A DNA stretch of 64,000 nucleotides from an uncultured Armatimonadetes bacterium (GTDB taxonomy: Bacteria; Armatimonadota; UBA5829). Positions 57,248 to 64,000 of this stretch are shown piece after piece; positions within the stretch are counted from its first letter, which is position 1, and each line of letters begins with the position of its first letter. The notes under the pieces are model-generated. The model saw only the letters and a list, made by a program, of their open reading frames with translations, searched no databases and was not told where the DNA came from. The position numbers were made by a program, and so were the translations under genes. Where the stretch lies: contig CAVQDB010000004.1 in assembly GCA_963711155.1 (NCBI GenBank), positions 261,262 through 325,261 on the forward strand, read 5' to 3'.

Positions 57248-60200
57248 ATGAACGCTCAGTTCGAGCAAAGGGGTGTCAAGTTGTTGTCGATAAACACTCG
57301 CAGCACAATTCTGGCGGCTGGCTCACTTCTCATGCTAGTGGCCATACTGATGCTGTCCTGCCCGCGAACTGTCTCCGCTGATGTCGCAGGACCGGGATGG
57401 CTCAACAAGCCTGGCAAGCAAGTAACGCTGAGTAGCGCGAGCGCGTACTACTCGGGCAGAGCTCAGGCGTTTCCAAGGCTCAGCGTGAGGTCCGCATCTT
57501 CGACAGCCACTGCCACGCCCGAGATTACCGAGCTTGCGCGTGGCCTTCAGCATGACCCCAAAGAAATCTATGATTATGTACACAACCACATCGAATACGT
57601 TCCTTACTTCGGATCTACGAAAGGGGCAGAGCTAACTCAGCTGGACGGATCTGGCAATGATTTTGACCAAGCATCTCTGATGATCGCCCTACTTAGGGAA
57701 AGCGGTACTCGGCGCGCTACAAGTATGGAACACAGGAATTCGCCATCCCCTCTGATTTTCCCGCACTTGCAGACTGGCTGGGTACCGCCAACATTGAGTA
57801 CATTCTCAACAATGCGGGAGTGCCCTATGCCGTGCAAAGCAGTGACGGGCAAGCCGTGGCGATTGACATCACCAGAGTCTGGGTTGAGGCGACAATAGGC
57901 GGATCTAATTATGTGTTCGATCCTGCTCTCAAGCAGCACATTACTCACGAGAAGCTGGACATTGGCCCCCTGATGGGCTACGACCGTAGCCAATTCCTGA
58001 GCCTTACTGGTGGAACAGGAAATGCGGACTACGTTCAGGGGCTGAATGAAAGTGCGCTCAAAGCCAAGCTAACCGAATATTCGACCAATCTTGTCAATAC
58101 GATCCATCGCGACTACCCCAACCGCGCTATCGAAGATCTCCTCGGCCGCAGAGATATTGTTGAAGGGACTCTAGGTGCCTTTCAGACATCTCTGGCTTAT
58201 CCGGCAACCCTTACAGCGACATGGACGAGATTCCAGCGGAGTATGCAACTACGCTTCGGATACAGCACGTCGGCATCGATAAGACTGTGCAAACATCCGA
58301 ACTAGACTCTGCAAGGCTCACTGTTACTTACGCGGGAGCCGATCACCATCCAGAACTTCGGCTTAATGGAGACCTCCTGAGCTCGGGCAGTGCCACAACC
58401 CAAGGGACTGTGAACGATCTCATTCTCACTGTTGACCATCCCTATGCCGACGAAAGCGGCACATTCTGCGATCAGACATCCACGTACAAATTCAAGAGCG
58501 GAGCTGCATATGCAATAGTCTACGGTTTCGGGGGAACCTCAGAGTCACTCATAACCAAATGCCAACAGAGGCTCGATGGCTATCGCGCCGCCGGACTGGC
58601 GGAGGATTCCGAGCCTGTTCGTGGTGAGACGCTGAATATCATGGGATTGATGTGGATAAAGCAGGCGCAACTCACAGAGAACATCCTATCGGAGATATCG
58701 AACGTCATCACCATACCACACCACTGCATCGGACGGATGTCACAAGAGGACAGCTACTACGTCGACGTAGCTACTTGGACGGCGAATAGCGTGCCTAAGG
58801 ACACTGGCGACACTATGCCGGCATTCTATGGAAGCGGGCTGATCAGTAGCGCGTTGGAGCATAGTGTGCTCGAGGTAAACGATGGGACCAAGTGTGCCCG
58901 GCGTGTCGACGGTCAAGATCCTCCAGATTGCAAATGCCGCGAATCAGAAGCTGTTCCGGGCAACGAACTCCAACATCGACTCGATTGCGGGCCAACTCAG
59001 CAACTACGATGTTGCCAGCCTCAGATCAAAACTTGCAAGCGGAAGCGTGGACGCACTGATCCTGCCTCAAAACGGTCATGTTGACGTCTAACCAGTGGCA
59101 GGGAAGCGGGTACGTTGAGAAGTCCGCCAATAGCATCGGCATTATCATCAGCGGCGGGCTCCACGGCGGATATGGAACGTTGCCCGGCTACGTGGATCCA
59201 GTAGCGCTCCTTAACAACACATCCTGGAACGTGAGCCGCAGCGACCAAGCATGTCACATACTTGTGTATTCCAGTGATCCCATTGAGATGTCGACTGGGG
59301 CATTCACGCACGAGAAGACAGATCTGGCCCTGGGTGGAAGTCTGCCAACCGGCATCACGTTCGCGCGGTCCTACAACAGTGCTCGGAATATGAGCAAGCG
59401 TACAGTGGGTTACGGCTGGACTCACAGTCTCGACGTCTATCTGGACAGCGTAACTGATGTCGAGCCTGGATTGGGCGAACGGCTATCAACAGACGCGAGT
59501 CCCGTGCTGACTGCGCTGTATGTATCGCTCGATCTGCTGAAAAACGAGGACACTGTTAAGGGTTGGGCTACGACTGCCCTAGTTGGCGCATGGGCTGCTG
59601 ACCATATTCGCAATAATGTGGTCCAGATTCATCAGGGCGGGAAGATTCTGGAATACGCCAAGCAGGCGGATGGTTCATACCAGCCCCCGCCGGGCGAGAA
59701 CACTCAAGCTCGTCGATAACGGGAACGGCACGTTCTCCCTTATCGAGCGATTTGGCACTCGCACCGACTTCGATTCCGGCCGTGTCAAGACAGTCACTGA
59801 TATTGATGGCAACCAGACAATCTTCATGTACTCGGGGGACAACCTCACCCAAGTTAGGGATTCAACTGGAAGGACGCTGACCCTGGCATACACAGATGGC
59901 CGGCTCACTTCCGTTACTGATTCGGCAGGTCGTCAGTTCTCGTACAGCTATGACGCAAGAGGCGACCTCGTGAGCTACAACGACGCGAACGGCAAGCAGT
60001 GGAGCTACGGCTATGACAATCAGCACCGGATGACCAGCCTTACCAACCCGTTGGGCATCGCAACCGCCCAGAACACCTATGACTCATTGGGCCGCGTCGC
60101 AACGCAGACAACACCGAGGCAAGGAGGGACATCCGCGACCTATAACCTCTACTTCTCAGGCTATACCGGAGTGGAAGAGGATCCGCTCGGGAACAAGACC

Positions 60201-62251
60201 AGGTACTGCTACGACAAGCTCGGGAGGCTTGTGGAGCGGAAGGATGCTCTGGGCGCTTTTTCTCTCCAGAGCTACGACGGGCAGAATCATGTCATATCCA
60301 GCACTGATCCACGCGGGAGCATAACGCTCAATGACTATGACGGCGCGAACAACCGAGTCAAAACGACAGATGCGCTTGGAAAGCAGACCAGCTCTGCCTA
60401 CGATGATCAGTTCCGGCTAATAGGGACTACTGATCCCCTTGGTCACACTAGCTCATATGCCTACGACGATAAGCATCATCCGCTATCGGCAACCGATGCC
60501 GAAGGCAATAGTGTCACCACGAGCTACTACAGCAACGGTCTGAAGCAGAGCTCCACCGACGCCCGGCACGTAACATCACATTTCACTTACGATTCCTATC
60601 GAAATCCTCAGACGGCGGCGGTCGCCAGCCACCCGGCAGTGGTATACAACTACGATACGACGGGACGGTTGACAGGGCTCACAGACCAAGTGGGTTCGCA
60701 TACAGGTTTCCAATATGACTCTCTGGGGTTTCTGCTTCACAGGACGGACGCGCTTGGAAAGAGTAGCACATTTGTGCCCGACAATGCGGGCCAGCTGAGA
60801 TGGTCAACGGATCGCAACGGCAGCGCCGTTGAGTATTCGTACACTCCGACTGGAAAGGTGGAGCAGACAAGACTGCCCGATGGTTCCGCCATCACCTATA
60901 CCTACGACGTTCGTGATAACTTGACCAATGTTCACGATTCAGTTGGGGATACGACCTACAGCTATGATGCCCTGAATCGCGTTCAGTCCGTGACGGACGC
61001 GCACGGATTCACCGTCTCGTATGGTTACGATGCTGCCGGCAACACAACCAGTATTACCTATCCTGGCAACAAGACCGTGATCTGCACCTATGATCCGCTG
61101 AACCGCCTGGCGACCATAATCAACTGGCTGCAGCAAAGAGCTACTTACCGCTATGACGACGCAGGGCGACTGATCTCGCTGACGAACTTCAACGGCACTA
61201 CTACAACCTATAGCTATGATAGGGCGGACCGACTGGTCAAGCTGGAGAATAGGAAGAGCAACGGCGCAGCAATCGCGACCTATGCATTCACCCTAGATGG
61301 GAATGGCAACCGTACAGCGGTTGATCAGCACGAGCCGACTCTCGCCGATCCCGGACCCACAGTCCGTCGGCTATACCTACAACTCCCAAAAGAATCGTCT
61401 GCTGACAGCAGGCGGCATCAGCCATGGCCGGGATGCCGAGGGGCAGTTAGCGACAGCGGACAGCACCTCTTACGGATTTGATGCTCTGCATCGCCTGACT
61501 TCCATAGGCAGTGCTAACCCGGCGCAATACGTCTATGACGCGCAGAATCATCGCGTTCAGGCCAGCTGCAGCGGCTCGGTTAAGCGATACATATACGATG
61601 CGGCCGGAAATATGATTGCTGAGGCCGATACGGCCAACAACATTACAGCTTTCTACATCTATGGCAAAGGCCTGCTTGCCCGCATCGCTGCTGATGGCTC
61701 GACACTATGCTACCACTTCAATGGAATCGGCAGCACTGTCGCTATGACGGACCAGAACCAGAATCATGTGAACCGGTAACGTGTACGATTCGTTCGGTCG
61801 GGTTGTCGATCAGATTGAAGCAACACCGCAGCCTTTTACCTTCGTGGGAGCGGAGGGTGTCCAGGCAGAGCCGAATCGGTTGTATTACATGAGGGCTCGT
61901 TACTATGATCCATGGACGGGGAGGTTTATCAGCGAGGATCCCAAAGGGTTCGATGGAGGAGATGAGAATCTCTATGTCTACGTTGGGAATCAGCCGATCA
62001 ATCGAACGGATCCTTCCGGCCAATTCGTTCAGTTTCTGCTTGCGGCAGGCATTCTTGCAGCATACGTCGAGTACGAGGCTGGACCATACGCACCTGAGAT
62101 CAACGAGTTCTTGGGAATGGCTGAACAATGGCTTATGCCTGGTCCGTACACTGGCACGAGTCCGGCGCAAGGAGCAACCTGGACACTGCGTCAAGTCTAT
62201 GACTATCTCCAGGACAACGCCAAAGACTCAAGAGACAATGGCAAGAAATAG
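57248..62251 (+). CDS. Secreted RHS protein: transglutaminase-like domain, DUF6531-like domain, YD repeats, canonical RHS core, short C-terminal tip (multiple frameshifts)
   Basis: IYDYVHNHIEYVPYFGS.KGA...GNDFDQASLMIALLR; DPIEMSTG...FARSYNS...GYGWTHS; RARYYDPWTGRFISEDPKG...NQPINRTDPSG. Confidence 0.85.
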
Positions 62252-62393
62252 AACTGCGTGGGAGCTAGCGTGAGGGCATCAGACTCCGTTAGCCTGACTA
62301 CGTCGCATCAGCTATCTGTAGCAAGAGGTGGTCACGCTGTAGAGACCACAAGAGATGTGCGTAAGGCCGGCGTTTTGCGAAGGACACATAACA

Positions 62394-64000
62394 ATGGACA
62401 ACATTCGCCTAGTGGGAATCATACTGCTGATCTTCTTCGGTGCTCTGATCGCAACTCCGGTCAAGGCAGTCTCTTACGTCTACGACGACCTCAATCGCCT
62501 CACGCAGGTGGATTACGGAGGAGGCAACGTGGTCACGTATTCTTATGACGAACTGGGCAACAGAGTATCTCTGACGGCCCAGACACGACCACGGCCCACA
62601 CTCCTCGTTACACCTGTGGATGGATTAGATTCCAGCGGCGCGCCAGGTGGTCCATTTGGTCCCTCCAGCGTCGAATACACCCTCAGAAACACCGGCTCCG
62701 TCCCTGTCGACTGGACTGTCAGCAAGGGCCAGGGGTGGACGAACCTATCGGCGACCAGCGGAACCCTACCTGCAGGCGGCATTACAACCGTTACTGCATC
62801 AATCAGCGCCAGCGCCTCCGACCTCAAGTGCGGTAGCTATTCAGATACGATAGCCTTTGCGAATGAAACGAACCACAGCGGAGATACTACCAGAACCATC
62901 AACCTCTCAGTGGGGACACCGCCCGGCACGTATATCGTACAGATACGGCACCTTACGACTGGATCGATCCGAGCGCGCACGATGCCCTGACCCTTGGAGA
63001 CGACGATGCCTCCGATGCTCAAGGCATTCCATTCAGCTTTACGTTCTATGGGAACACTTATAGCCAACTCTACGTGGGCTCCAATGGACTTCTTGGCTTT
63101 GCCAGCGACAACATGTGGTCCCGGAACAACAGGACTCTTCCCAATCCTCTGCTTCCAAACGCCGTGATCTGTCCCTATTGGGGCGATCTCAATCCCAGCC
63201 AAACCGGTAGTGTTCGACTCGGCGTGGAAGGGACAGCACCCAACCGTAAGCTTGTCGTTAGCTGGGTTGGTGTACCACGTTACGAGAATCCCAACACGAC
63301 ACTGACGTTCCAAGTGCTGCTTTGTGAGACGACGAACGACATTATCTTCCAGTACGCCGAGGTTCAGCAAGGGGATCTTCAGTATGGCTCCGGGCGCAAT
63401 GCAACTGTGGGCACCGAGGATGCAACCGGTACACTGGCAACGTTGCATTCCTACAACGGCAGTAATCTTCTGCAGAACGAAGAGGCGCTCGATGTTCACC
63501 ACAAACGACACCGCGCCTCCGACTGTATCAATCAGCGCTCCATCCGTTCCCATCACCAAATCCGGGCCAGTTAGCTACACGCTGAACTTTGGCGAGAAGA
63601 TCGCTGGTCTCCACGCCGGGCAGCATCGCACTGGAGAAGACCGGCAGTGCAGATGCAACATTGGAGGAGCCCATTGGGTCGGGCGCTGGACCCTATACAG
63701 TTACATTGTCCAATATAAGCGGCAATGGCACCCTGGGCGTTAAGCTGCTGTCGGACGCGGTAACTGATATGGGGTGCAACACGAATGCCGAGAGTGCTCT
63801 CAGCACGCCCGTGATAGTAGATAACATTCCGCCTGCGTTTCTGAGCATAACCGCTACGCCCAACCCAGCGCAAGTCGGGTCCCAAGTGACCATTGGCTTT
63901 GCTGCCTCAGAGGCCCTCATCATGGATCCATCGGTGACCGTGAACGGGCATCCAGCATCGAAGATCAGCCAATCTGTGCTGGAATACAGCTACAGCTACA
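62394..64000 (+). CDS. Secreted protein with one N-terminal YD repeat, a BACON-like domain, a nidogen-like region and Ig-like domains (frameshifted, runs off the window)
   Basis: Signal peptide; YVYDDLNRLTQVDY...YSYDELGNR; YTLRNTGS..VDWTVS...W; VICPYWGDL; TFQVLL.E...IIFQY. Confidence 0.7.

Overview
GC-rich bacterial DNA, probably Armatimonadota (inferred from the protein architectures). Many genes are split by single-base frameshifts, which suggests long-read indel errors. 0.2-21.4 kb is a carbohydrate-utilisation locus. It holds secreted proteins (two with dockerin-like tails flanking a cohesin-like protein), an SSS transporter, an oxidoreductase, an amidohydrolase, a pilin-like protein, and a DeoR regulator divergent from an SDR / transaldolase / UxaE-like / IolA-like operon. 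22-57 kb is an accessory region bracketed by a diverged ~280-bp repeat. It holds an AbiE toxin-antitoxin pair, a secreted RHS protein followed by four orphan RHS-toxin/immunity cassettes, two tandem IS110 elements, and IS3, RAYT, restriction and recombinase remnants plus a tyrosine integrase. 57-64 kb is a second RHS gene with a transglutaminase-like N-terminus and a YD/Ig-like partner. Main findings: (1) a predicted IS110 bridge RNA downstream of the transposase whose guide loops match the actual target and donor junctions; (2) boxA-like motifs, some with a hairpin, in front of every orphan RHS cassette; (3) a candidate kinase-free, transaldolase-based sugar-acid pathway; (4) a cohesin/dockerin-like surface cluster.
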